A stretch of 64,000 bases of DNA from contig CAJINV010000002.1 in assembly GCA_905178155.1 (NCBI GenBank), positions 6,974,743-7,038,742 of the forward strand, read 5' to 3'. Below the pieces are notes generated by a model that was given only the letters and a program-made list of their open reading frames with translations, did not search any database and was not told where the DNA came from. Position 1 is the first letter of the stretch. Each line of letters opens with the position of its first letter. Positions 1-12,200 of this stretch are shown here, one piece after another. Origin of the DNA: Amoebophrya sp. A120 (lineage: Eukaryota > Protista > Dinoflagellata). The position numbers and the translations under genes were made by a program.

Positions 1-1471
1 AGTAATGTTCTTGAGTCTCAGCGTTTATACTTTTTGTTTTTCCATTTTGGACCTTGTGTAGCCGTGCTATTCTAGTCGTGGAGCGGCATATCCATGAGCG
101 CCGACGTCGCGATGTTGTGGCGCGCTCGTTTCCGTGAACAATCATGGTCGTGACCGGCCCCCCTTCCATGATCGCGGCCGGGCCCCCGCCTGTGTTCCTG
201 TTCGTGAACAATCAGCATAGGCGGCGTGTGCATGGGAGCGGGGCATCATCTTGCGACCAGGCGTCTCCCCCTGGCAGCCTAGCCAGGTGCAGCCCGGAAA
301 AAGTCGCAGGCGCCCCGGTGGCCAAACGCGTAGCGGTAGCAGCCTGCCCAGCTATCAGGCATCCCAAGCATACGGACGCGTGGCACATTTTCCACAACGC
401 GAACGCATGGAGGCGCGGACCACCAGAAGCAAGGGGGCCCAGCGATTGCTGTGACTGTGGGCACGCAACCGGATCTACGGATGGCAGCGGAGAGGCGTCG
501 GCATACCACAACGAACCAGGCATACCGGCGCGAGCTTGGTGCCCTATCGGAGACCCGGCGCGCGAGGGATGGCGCCCCAGCGGCCTCATCCAGGCAGCTC
601 TAGCAATGCGAACAATGCCAGAGCCTGGGGGCGGGCGCGCTTGCTTCTTGGGGGCCCCGTGGCCCGCCACGCACAGGGCGACACGCGTGCCGCTCGCGCC
701 GTTTGCGGCCAATTGCCCGGGCGCGCCTGCCGCTGCCGGGCCTGAGCCGCTCCCCCCCCCGGCAGGTCGGGCCTTTCGGGCGCCCTCCCTGCCGCACAAG
801 CTTGCCCGCCCTTGTGGCCCGGTTGTTCTTATTTCCGCCCGCCTGCGCAGCGGGCCTGTCAGTCTGGTCTGTGGGTGCGTGTCCGGCCAGCGTCCGCGAC
901 GGGAGGGGCGAGGGAGGGCACCTCGCCGCCGCGGCGCGTCGCGCGCTCAGTCTGTCAGCGATTTGATTCGGATTCACGCGAGCGCGCCCATTAATGTCGT
1001 GCCCGCATTCTGCGCGCCCCTGAATATCGGGGAGGTGTTGCGCGCGTATCTTCGGTGGTCCATCCCCATGTTGAATGAGCACGCCTTTCGCATACATTGA
1101 CAGTCCTCGTAAGATCCCGCCCATTCGTTTGGTGTGGGAGACCGTTACGCGCGACGATGAAGGACAGTATGTTCAGAACAGATGAGAAAAAAATAGATGG
1201 AAGATGAAGGTGTATCTGTACCACGACCATGCCGGTTCCTGTGCAATCCTTCTATTGCAATGGCAGAGCGAAGTAGCTGGTGTGTGGTGTTGAGTGAACG
1301 AAGAGGGGAGCTCAGGTTGATGAACGAAAGTCTAGATTGATCTATGCCCGGTCTCAATTCATAAGGAAGCTGACGCCAGCTCTTTATCTGCATCTGTCTG
1401 TTTCTCTGTTTGTCGTCCTCTTATCCACCTCGCACGCTTTCTACTGCTAGAAAGCAACTACTCCCACCAAG

Positions 1472-4400
1472 ATGCCTCGTGGTCCCAATAAGAATCCCAA
1501 CCCCGTTCCCTCCTCGTCCTCGTCTTCTGCTAAGCAAACCGACCAGAAAGATTTAGAGCGGCTCATCAAGAATTACCACATCGAGGACAGTGGCTTAACG
1601 GATTTCATCGGCGTGGAGCCGCAGTACCTGGAGCAGGACCAAAACACAGCAAACACCCCTGGAGGAGGAACACGAACTCGTCGGAACAGCAACGCCTTCA
1701 ACGACGACGATTTCGGGAATGAGTCGTCCTTTCTCGAGTTCCAGCGGCGGCTTGCTGCGGCCGGCGGCCACCACGACTTCTTCGAGGAGAACCGTTTCAG
1801 GCGAAGCGCGGAGCCGACGCAGGGGGAGATGGCGACTTTTCTGACGTTCGTCAAAGGATTCGTCGGGATCGGGATTTTGTCGCTACCGTACGCGATGAGC
1901 TGCGGCGGCTACATCGGCGGGCCGGTCGGGCTCACGGGCCTGGCCTACATGGCGTACCGGTGCATGATGAAGTTGTTGGAAGCGACGGCGATCATAAACG
2001 AACGGATTGTGAATGACTGGAAGATGAAAACTGTGGTCGAGAGTTACAGCAGTCCGGGAGGTGTGGCTGGGGCTACTTCTTTGCAGAAAAACGACCCTTC
2101 GCCGTCGAGGAATTATGGTGTTACAGATGAAAAACCACCAAAACAACCCGAGCTCGTCCGCACATTCGGCGATGTCGGCAAGTACATTATGGGGAAAACG
2201 GGGAAGTCGCTGATCAACGTTTCTATCATCGTGACGCAAGCCGGTTTCGGCATCGCGTATCTGATCTTCATCCCCGAAAACATCCAGAAAGTGCTGTGCT
2301 ACGAGACAAAACAAACTGTCTGTCCGTCGACAACCAGCATTACGATGTGCGTGGTGCTGTTTCTCTTCCCCTTCGTCTTCCTGCAGAATATGAAAACGCT
2401 CGTGATCCCGACTCTGCTCGCGAACTTCTCGTTGCTGGTCGGCATCGGGTGGGGCTACTTAAACGCGTTCGGTTGGACACCAGAAGCGAGGATGGGCGCA
2501 GACGAAATCGGGGAGGCTGCTTTGCCCGAGGGGGATGGACGAAGTAAAGCTTTGGTGTTGAGAAGATTGCTTTTTGGAGGACAGAATGCAGCAGGGGGTA
2601 GCATTGGTTTCTCTAGTACTTCTGTCCCAGGCGAACAAGCTACCAGTGCCAGTGCGTTGTTTTCCGGGATCCAACTAGAAGGAGCCGCAGCAACAGCTGC
2701 TGCAGCAGCTCTGCCAGCAGCTGCAGCGCCAGCGGTCCCCATCTACGCCATCGCTTCCACCGGTCTCGCGATCCTGCAGGACTTGGCCAAACGAGCGCTG
2801 CAATTGTCACCGGCTGGGCAGAAAGAGGTCGCAAATCTCCTGATCAACGCCCACGACCCAACAAAAGCGAGCACTGCGCAAGGCCACACGGTGGCGGTCG
2901 GGTTTCCGAATTTTGGCACGCCAACCGTAACGACAACAACCACGCCGCGAAGTGCAAGTTCGTCGGTTTCAGCTGCGGAAGATCAGACTACGGCTGCAGC
3001 TATTCCTGTTGGCCCAACACAGCAACAGTCAGCAACTGCATCAGCCACCACAACGCTCACTCCCCACGCGATCGTGGAAAATGCAATCCAGACTCATGTG
3101 AACTACACAAACAGCCTGGTGGCGAACATGACAACAGCAATAGCTGAGTTGTGGTCCACTTCCACCCTGCCTCCGCCGACAACTACCACTACCTCAACAA
3201 CACATCTCAACCCCGCTGCCGCAGAGCACCTGTCGAAGAAGAAGAAGGACCAAATTACGAAAAAAGAGAAGGAGGAATTAGAAAAAGTCCGGCCGCCGTC
3301 TTTAGTCGCTTTCAACTTCGCGCAATACCCGATTTTCTTCGGGATCGCGGTTTTCGCCTTCGAAGGGATAGGCCTACTCCTTCCCTGTCAGCGGGCCATG
3401 GCGAAGCCGGAAAACATGCCGCGAGTGGTGACCAGGTGCATGCTGTTCTTGACGATCTTGTTTGTCAGCTTCGGGCTGTTCTGCTACTTGCGGTGGGGCG
3501 GCGCGCCGAGTGTGGATGACGGAGCGCATGGCGATTTGAGCCATTTGCGGAAGTTGTTTGCTGAGATGACAGGTGGGTTGTTTACACGAACAGCAGGGGG
3601 AGATGGAGTTGTGATGAAGAAGATGGGAGATTCTGTACTAGCGGGTCCAAGTGGAGTTTTGGAGGATGTTCACTACGGGACAGCAAGTTCTCGTGCGTTG
3701 TCCGCAGCTGCAGCCGTCCCTTCTTCCACCGCAGCGCCTGCAATGGTAGCCGCTGCTGCTGCAGTAGCAATGACTACAACTGCACCTCCGCCGTCTCCAG
3801 CCGCTGTAGATCCATCACAAATCAACGCTCCCTCCTCGCAAAAGACTACAGCGGCGTCGGAAACAACAGCTGCACAAGTTGAACCCCAACCTACGCACTC
3901 TTCCTCCAAACACCCCCATGCGGAGATCGACACTGCGGAGGAAACGATCGGCGTGCAGCCGATGGTGACTTTTAACTACCCGGAGTCCACCATCACCTCC
4001 TTCGTGATCCTGTTCTACGTGCTCGGGATCTTTTTCAGTTTCCCGGTCATTATGTTCCCGGTCTTCACGCTACTCGAGAACTCCGTCTTCATCCGGAGCC
4101 AGTGCTGCCTCCCGCACAGAAGGGTGATCAAAAAGATCGGGAAGAAAATCGTGGATTGTTTGTTCGGCGGGGAGGAAAAATTCCGCAGTTGGTACTACTC
4201 TTTCGAAGACGACGAGGACGATTTTCTCGACGACGATGGGGAAGGTTTTCAATTTGAAGACGAAGAGGAGTTTTACGGAGAGGGAGTAAGTGGAAATGCA
4301 GCGGACGACGATGACGAGATGAACAACAACACCGCTGGAGCGACTGTGATCGGGAGTATGAGGACCAGAAGAAGTAGAGACGGAAATAAGACTGTAGACG

Positions 4401-5224
4401 CAGACACGTTTGCCATTGAGGACGAGGAAGACGATGAGCAAGATCCTCCAGAAGTGCTCGGAAGTAGTAGCACTAGGAAGAGCAGAAGTAGCCCTGCTGA
4501 GAAGGATCATGAGACGAGCAACAAGCGAGTGAGCACCACTCCGGAGTCGAAATCTCTGGAGTTGAGTGAAGTGTCGCTATCCTCAACTTCTTCTAACGCA
4601 CGAACACCGGCAAAAAAGGTCGTGCTGGGGCAGCTCCAGGACGACGAACTGCCAGACGACTTTCACACCCCAAATGATCCGAATTTTGACAAAAAAAATC
4701 ATTCTCCCGCCGTTCGCCTGAGCACCATGAGTGCGACGAGTTCCGCTTTTCAAGTAGAAGGACAATCGAACAACGCAACGGGCCGGCGGTCGAGTCGCAG
4801 GTCGAGCATGAATGCGAACAACCAGGTGCCTTTTCTGAACATCTACGAGAAGTGCTTTCTCCGCGTGATTGTCACGATATTATCCGCTTTGACCGCAAGT
4901 ACCATTCCCCACTTCGGCCTGTTCTTGAGTCTGCTCGGGTCAATCACCTGCAACCTACTCGCCTTCATTTTACCGGCCTACTTCCATTACTACATGACGG
5001 TGTCGGACGTCATGAAAAGAAGGGAGAGCATGCGGAACAGCAGTCTCGCATTGCCTTCGTCGGGAATTGCCGGGGGATTTGGAAGTGGTGGCGCTGGGGG
5101 AGGTGGTGGTGGGCAGCAGTTGATGAGTTTTGAGACCACACCAAGAGAAGACGTGTTTTACGCGGTGTTTGGAATTATTGCGGGACTTTGGTCCTTTGGC
5201 GTTACCATTGCGGAGTTTTTCTGA
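1472..5224 (+). CDS. Amino acid transporter, AAAP/Aa_trans (SLC36/38-like), intronless, with long low-complexity insertions
   Basis: 1250-aa ORF with family motifs TFVKGFVGIGILSLPYAM..GG, TFGDVG, FFGIAVFAFEGIGLLLP, FSFPVIMFP, IPHFGLFLSLLGS...LAFILPA. Confidence 0.9.
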   Translation: MPRGPNKNPNPVPSSSSSSAKQTDQKDLERLIKNYHIEDSGLTDFIGVEPQYLEQDQNTANTPGGGTRTRRNSNAFNDDDFGNESSFLEFQRRLAAAGGHHDFFEENRFRRSAEPTQGEMATFLTFVKGFVGIGILSLPYAMSCGGYIGGPVGLTGLAYMAYRCMMKLLEATAIINERIVNDWKMKTVVESYSSPGGVAGATSLQKNDPSPSRNYGVTDEKPPKQPELVRTFGDVGKYIMGKTGKSLINVSIIVTQAGFGIAYLIFIPENIQKVLCYETKQTVCPSTTSITMCVVLFLFPFVFLQNMKTLVIPTLLANFSLLVGIGWGYLNAFGWTPEARMGADEIGEAALPEGDGRSKALVLRRLLFGGQNAAGGSIGFSSTSVPGEQATSASALFSGIQLEGAAATAAAAALPAAAAPAVPIYAIASTGLAILQDLAKRALQLSPAGQKEVANLLINAHDPTKASTAQGHTVAVGFPNFGTPTVTTTTTPRSASSSVSAAEDQTTAAAIPVGPTQQQSATASATTTLTPHAIVENAIQTHVNYTNSLVANMTTAIAELWSTSTLPPPTTTTTSTTHLNPAAAEHLSKKKKDQITKKEKEELEKVRPPSLVAFNFAQYPIFFGIAVFAFEGIGLLLPCQRAMAKPENMPRVVTRCMLFLTILFVSFGLFCYLRWGGAPSVDDGAHGDLSHLRKLFAEMTGGLFTRTAGGDGVVMKKMGDSVLAGPSGVLEDVHYGTASSRALSAAAAVPSSTAAPAMVAAAAAVAMTTTAPPPSPAAVDPSQINAPSSQKTTAASETTAAQVEPQPTHSSSKHPHAEIDTAEETIGVQPMVTFNYPESTITSFVILFYVLGIFFSFPVIMFPVFTLLENSVFIRSQCCLPHRRVIKKIGKKIVDCLFGGEEKFRSWYYSFEDDEDDFLDDDGEGFQFEDEEEFYGEGVSGNAADDDDEMNNNTAGATVIGSMRTRRSRDGNKTVDADTFAIEDEEDDEQDPPEVLGSSSTRKSRSSPAEKDHETSNKRVSTTPESKSLELSEVSLSSTSSNARTPAKKVVLGQLQDDELPDDFHTPNDPNFDKKNHSPAVRLSTMSATSSAFQVEGQSNNATGRRSSRRSSMNANNQVPFLNIYEKCFLRVIVTILSALTASTIPHFGLFLSLLGSITCNLLAFILPAYFHYYMTVSDVMKRRESMRNSSLALPSSGIAGGFGSGGAGGGGGGQQLMSFETTPREDVFYAVFGIIAGLWSFGVTIAEFF

Positions 5225-8200
5225 AAATGGATGCATTTCGATTTCTTGTACGAGATAACTTATTCATTTCTAGTTCTTCCGCATGAAAGGCAAGTGACTT
5301 TTGATTGCCTTCGCCGTGTTGCAAGTTCTTCGTGTTGTTCCACCAGATCAGCCATGTCCTGTCATTTCTGTCACGCATAAAATGTTGCTCGAACAAGAAC
5401 AAGAGACATGAGGGAAAAACGAAGAGAGGCACATGCGGACGACGACTGTGAAAGTTGAACACTCATTGAGAGAGTTATGTGTTGGAGATGGATTGGTACT
5501 GGTCATCAGCGGCAAAAAAAAACGAGAAAAATAAATGCCCGCTTGTTATTTTTGTCTGTAATGGGCATAGTGCATATCATAGACCGACCCCGAAGGTTTG
5601 CCCGCGACCGCGTAGACGGGAGTTGCGGAGTGGGTTACTAGTGTGCCGCGGCGGTGTTGCGCGGGGGCTTCAGTGCTTGCGCCGGGGGTTCAGTATTTTT
5701 CTAATGAATTATGAAAAACGCGCGACGAGCAAAGTGCCCGGCTGGCAGTTGGGCGCTAGCGTGGGCCCGGCGCGTCAGCAAAATAAAACGCTCCGAATTC
5801 TACTACTACTATGGCTATGCTAGTAAGAAGCCGACCAAGCCCGCGCCCCTCGTCGGCTATGTTTTGGGGCAGCAGCCTGCCCGATTTTCGCGGATGCGCC
5901 CGGCCCAGTTTGCGCAGGGCCCGCGCATTTTGGTGGCTGCCCGGCTACCCCCGCCCGCCTGCCCCCCTGCTCGGGCCTCGGGGTTGTTATCTATGTATCG
6001 GGGAGCCGGGTGCGCCGTTTTGTGGAGTCTGCCGGGCGCCTGCATTGGCACGGCTTCCAGGGGGTGTGTTTCGAAGTTCTCCCGCCGCCATCTCCCCCTG
6101 CTGGCTCGCGCACGCCGTGTGGTCTGAGTGAATTGTGGCGCCTTGCTTTTGTTGGCAGAGGCAGTCTGGCCGCTAGATTGCCGTCTTAACGACCCGCAAA
6201 CGGGGCGCATGTGTGTGGGGAGATGCGGCACCATAAAAGATTCAATTGCATGACGATGCAGACTTGATCAGCTTTCCTCTGTTGTTCTATTCATTGGGTT
6301 CAGTTTCAGAAAGATCACAGCATACAACTCAGTAGCAGGAGCAGCGTGTACTAGAGCTGTCTCAGCAGTTCTTTAATCTTCATGATCTGAATTTTAGTCG
6401 TCACGACCATCACCTCGAGCGAAGATCTACTTAGTGTCAATATTGAAGTGAATCCTTCTTCTTCCCGTTATTCTTATCAAGAAAGACGAAAACCCGAGCA
6501 GAGCCTTAGCATCAGCGCTGCGTGAGGAAAAAAAGGATCTAGTATCTTGTGCTGGTGACCATAGGCAGGCCCTGGATATGGATCAGAAACTTCTTTCAAG
6601 TATTCAGCCGACTGCAATAGATTGAACGCGATCTCATTAGTGTGTTTTGTGGCTGTAGTTTTTTTGTCTAATTATCTTAGGGACAACAAGAATATGATCC
6701 TAGCCTTTAGAAGCCGTCATTCTCCGTAGTTGCTGTTGTCGAGATCCAGTAATCTTTTTGATGAGTTGTTTACGCGATTAGGAGAAATGCAAAAAGTAGG
6801 AGCTGCATGCAATTTCCATTGGCAACTTTCCAAAAAAAATGTGTCCTTTACCGCAGACGCTTCCTGTGATCGTGATTTACATAAGATTCCTAGGTTGCTT
6901 ACCAAAACGAATCTAGTGTAGATTACAAGGAGATTCGCCAAAAAGTGATTCATTTAGTACGGCTTTGAAAGAACATGTTCCGCGCTTTCTGAACTAGCTT
7001 TCTTCATTGCTTCTGTGTTTAGGTTTTTTTAGCCATAGACTTCGTCACGACGTGTACATTTTTTTCCACAGTTTCGACATTTTCCCATACTACATGTATT
7101 TATTCGCATACGAGTTCATTTTTCATGTTAGCATGCTAGAGTTGAAGTTGTTCACCTTATCGGATAAAGAGAAGACGTTTAAGTTCTTTCACTAGCTCTA
7201 TCTTCAAGAAGCGAAAAATTGCGGAAAGTGAAAGTATATCACTCGTCCATCGTTTTTGTAGCTCACTATTATAGCGATTTTGTTTTCAAGAGCCTTTATT
7301 TTCGCCCGGTGGCGAACAAAGACACCGCACCGCGGCTGTGGGAACGAAATTCTGGTCGCCAAAAAGCCGAGATAACATCAAGACCAGCCGTAGCAGGATC
7401 GAAGAACCTTTACGAAGCGGGCAGCGGCGCAGCGAACCGATTCGTGTACTGAAGCGAATTGCATAGAAGCTGATTTTGTTGCTTTTCGAGCTGCACTATC
7501 GGCTACGATAGAAGATTTGCACACTGCTGGTGGAAGGACGACGACCAACTCGATAGTCAGCGCCGCTCTGTTGCAGCTGCGATTATGCGAGTCTGCCTTC
7601 CTCTGCACGAACAAAATCTGAATATCGAGCCACTGTGCGCCCGCGTCGAGGACATCAAGGACTCTTGCACAAGCTAGAAAGCGCTCACCAAGCGAAGCAA
7701 ATTCAAGTGGAGAAGAAGAGCTTCAAGAACGTGGTGCGCAAGCAAAGGCATATCAATTGTTCCTACAAAAACGAAAGAGGTCAGGTGAGCTTCTAGCGAC
7801 TCACGAAAAAGCCGAAAAGAGAGTAACTCTTCAAGAAGTATGGGCACCAAAAGTACATTTATGCTTATGGGAACGAAACTAAAGAACTGCGACGAAGCAC
7901 GACGCTGCGACCACGCGAGAAACGCAAACGCTTTGACGTTGGCCTTCGTCTATGTCTAGTTGTAAAAACGAAGCATATTAAAGTGATGACTAGTTCACCT
8001 TCGGCGGCACATCTTCAGCCACACCACAAAGAATACTCGCCAGCACACCACACCTTTTACCAAAACCCGAGACCGCCGTCGGAACAGGGACTTCACTGAG
8101 ATATTACTCTTCTGGGAGCAGGTACTGCGCAAACCGTAGCCGCGTTCTGTAGAAGAAGTGAAGCCGTTTTTCTAACGACGATAACACCGAATATTTTTTC

Positions 8201-9265
8201 AAAGTTTTTCTACTACACAAGCGAAACTGAGACGCGACGAATATTATTGTTCCGGGAGGACCAGTATACAGCCTGAATACCACATAAAATATTGAATGTA
8301 GTTTTACGCGTGACCATTCAGCACTTCGGGCGTTTTTCAAATAGCCTGCTGGTGATATTCTGATTGAGTGTAAAGCCAAAGATTTCTGTTAGAGTAGCAC
8401 GACGTATACGATATTCAAGCGAAAAAACTAATACCAAAACTGAACACAAATCTTGTACAATCCTATAGATACTTTCATGAAAATTCAATTATACAACTCA
8501 AAGTGTGCTGCTGGCCGAAATTGATTGTCCTAAAGATAATTGAAACGAAAGAGGTATAGCACCACCACGCGAGTGTTTCGTCCGAGCCAAGGAATCATTC
8601 CCAGCAGGTTCTATTCTGCTGTCCAGAATCGCTAACTGTAGCGGTATTGGGAAATTTTCTACATTGCAGGCAGGTGATTAGTGGCCAGAACCGCTGGAAA
8701 TCCACTCCAAGTTTCAGTAGAGGCGCTGTGCTTTTTTTAGTAGCGGCGACGTAGTAACTCTCTAAACTTTTTGTTTTTTTCCGCATAGTGAAGTCGCGAA
8801 GTGAATTCGTTTGATTTCCACTGGCCGATTTTTTTCCTGCCTTGTGGTTTCTTTCGGCTGACACTTACATTTTTTTAAAACAGCCACGAGACTGTTGGAT
8901 CCTTCTTTTCCGAAAAGCACTAGTACTTCTCCCGGTCGTGCGCACAAAGCAGTAAAGAGTTGCCGTGCGACCGTACTAGCGTTAGTTGAAAAATACCATT
9001 TGCTTTACTGTGGCACGTGACGCGATTGCTTCTAGTACATCCGCGCATTATTGGACTTTGAGAATATCACGCACCAGCACTGGAAGAGGAGCCAAAGCGC
9101 ACCTAGATGATAGGAAAATCTACGTAGAGGTAGAAGACTTGGATGCGACCAAGATAGCTAGTGTCCGCAGTTCTAGAGAAGCTAAAATTGGAGCTACCCT
9201 GTGACTGGGAGCCCTCTGAAAGGGCGGCGCCAACAACCAAGTAGAACTACACAGACAAGTAGAAA

Positions 9266-12200
9266 ATGTTGGTGCTGAGGATGCCGAGATTGCGGAGATT
9301 GCTTTTCCGCGTGAGCCTGCTGGTGGGATATGGGCAGACCGTCATGGTCACGAGGACCAAAACGGCCCCACAGATGCCACCAACACAGCAGCAGGAAGTC
9401 GATGTTCCTACGCTTCTCCATCCGCAACCTCAAACGCGGCTTGTTGTACCCGCATGCCTGTCGGGACTACCAGTGTGGACATCGATCCATAACACGGCCG
9501 CGCCTTCATCGACCGGACCTTTACGTGGTACTGCTGGTCTTGCTGCGCCAGGAGGTGGAACGACACCAGTAGCCGCTGTACCGGGGAGCCGACGGTGGAC
9601 TCATTGCGGCACCGGCGACCACCCCCGTAGCTGCCGTGGCGCAGGTTACTATCGTCCTTACCCAAATTCACAACTTGGAGGACGAGGTAGAAGTCGCGAC
9701 CCCTCAAACCTAAACGTGATGCAACTAAGGCGCGTAGAGTCTGCCCCGACAGGAGACAGGCTACATCTTTTGGGCGGGCAACCAGGAGCCGGAACAGGGG
9801 TTGCTGCGGAAGAAGATGACGCTCTCGCTCATCCGGCGGTTCAACTCCGCGACGGGGCATTAGGAGGTGCGCAGACGATAAGTCCGCAAATCAGTAGGGG
9901 ATTGCTTGATTATCACGAGCCGCATGCCGGCGCTGATTATAATTATGTGGACCAGCGTTACGCGGACGCAGTGCTTGGCGGAGGAGGTACACAGCATGAT
10001 GTGGAAATGGACGCTCGCCCTCCTGCTCCAGGACGAGCGGGGCCTCTGAGCACTCCGCCGAGCACGGACGACTCGGAGCAGGACATCACAGCACGAAATG
10101 TAGTTGATCCGTCGCAACGGGGTCGGGAGCGCGCCCGGAGTGGCAGTCATGATGTTGCTCAGGAACATCACCACCCAGATAATTACTTGCAGCACGACAC
10201 GGCGGTCCTTCCTGCTGGTGGTCAACTTAGACAAGCTGGGCCGCCCACCTCGTCCGCGGTACAGCAGCAAAACCTAGGCCGATATTATTATGCGAGTGCT
10301 CCTAGTGCCGCCCCGTCATCGACGCCGAGGGCGGGTGTTGGAGGGGCTGCGAACCGGGGACCCAGGGGGAAGAACAAAAGGACTCGCAGCGGCCTCAACA
10401 GAGCGCATCTGCACATAGAAGCAGCAGGAGTGCACACAACGTCGCTTCGCGCCACGCCGGAGCCACCGCGTGACAAGTACTGGACCCTCCCCGTAGATCC
10501 ACGAACGATGCCCGACGAGGAAGGCTTGTGGTCCTTTCGGCACCTCGAACAAGTACAAGAGAGCCTCGAGCAGTTGCGGAAAAAGCGTGAGGAAGAGTGG
10601 GGACAGCATAAGGAGCAGGAGGACGACCACCGGGTCGAGCGGAGGTTTAGTGGATCATTTGGGGCTCTTAGCGCTGGCAGAACAACAGACCTTCCTGGTC
10701 ATGGTCAGCAGATCACTAGTAGAACAGGTCGGCACAACCTTCACCAAGAAGATGAACCAGCAGAGCACAATCCCCGACTCGACGTCAGAACAAATTCGAG
10801 TGGTTTTAGAAGTACTCGCAAAAGTACTACAGCAACCTTCCAGGATGAAGACTCCACGATGAGTGTTGACGACCAAGAACAACTTCCAAGACCTGCACCA
10901 GTAGCAGCTCGAGCCGGCATCGCGGTAGCCGCGCAACAAGACGACGGGGGGAGAAGCACGCTGAATCAAGAAGAAAAAGAAAAGCGACAAAATGCGGAAA
11001 GCAAAAGCCTCACACCCCCACCACCTCCTTCGTCGCCGGATGGACCCTCCATAAGTGGCACTGCAACTGCAGCTGCATTCGGCCGCGCGGCGGCGGCGAT
11101 TAAGTCAATATCAGGTTCTCATCCTGCAGGTCTTGCAGAAGCAGATACGCCAGCCTTCGAGCTTCGAATTGATGAACCTGTCTTCGGTAAAAACCCAGCT
11201 AGCTGTACGGATTGGAACACCAAGAACGCGGAGAATCTTGATCATGTCTCAAATTACCCCTCAGATGAGGTGCCAGCCGCGGCCTTCTGCGTGCGGCCTC
11301 CGCCCCCAACACCGAAGCAACCACCTCCGCCAACTCCGAAAACCGGGAAATGGGGTGCCATGGGCGGTGGGGGTATGGGTGGCGGGGAACAGGTTCCCAC
11401 CTCGTTGCGAAGAAGCACAGAAGCGGCTGATTTCTCTTTGTTTAACGCACACACCAGGAGCGGCCATCACGACCGATCCAATTCGGTGACGCCTGGACCA
11501 GACGAGGACTTTGCCGAGAAGGAGGAAGGAGTTCGCGCCGCTCATGAAAGACATCATCATCGGGGCCTTGATAACGGCGGACACACTAAGGACGATGAAG
11601 ACGATCCGTTTGGGAGCGATGACGAAGATGAGGAGGACGAAATAGCAGAATGGTCGCCAGCCACAGTCCCGGAGGAGGACGATGTGATGGGCAGCACCGT
11701 CGAGACCGCCGCAAGCGCAGCGGATCCGGATCCTCCTCGAAATGGAGGAGATAATCAAGTTCCGGGACGAGGAGCGATTGTGCGCCGCACCAGCAGTTTC
11801 TCCAGCGAAACAATTTGCTCTGACAGCACCCGGGAACCCAGCGTCGCGGCCGGTTCGTTTTCCACGAACCCAGCGTCATCTGCTGCGGGCTCGCGCAGCG
11901 ACAGCATGGAGCGCATGCGGGAAGAAGCACGGGTTGGAGGCCATCATTTAGAAGGCAGCCATTATCCGCCCTTGAGCGCCGGTGGAGGTGCTACCAACCC
12001 CGGCTCACCCAAGATGGCCGATCCTAGGCTGATGTTTTCATCATCATATTATGGGATGATGAAAACGTCACAATCGTTCAGCAACAAGAATAATGATCGA
12101 GAGCGAGAGCTGCCTCGTGGAGGTGGAACAAAGGTCAAGCAGGGCAGCATCAGGAGCCAGCTCGATGTGGCTAATGCAACTGCAGCTGCCCGTGCTGCCG

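Noticed and set aside
144-1124. Long overlapping ORFs in GC-rich islands (also 32331-34078, 40533-42102, 45118-46846, 56646-58853)
   Set aside because: R/A/P/G-rich in all frames, as expected from stop-codon scarcity at high GC; no domains
6300-8950. Possible decayed genes (also 15500-18600 and 21300-21800)
   Set aside because: Only short ORFs with no recognisable motif or consistent exon chain
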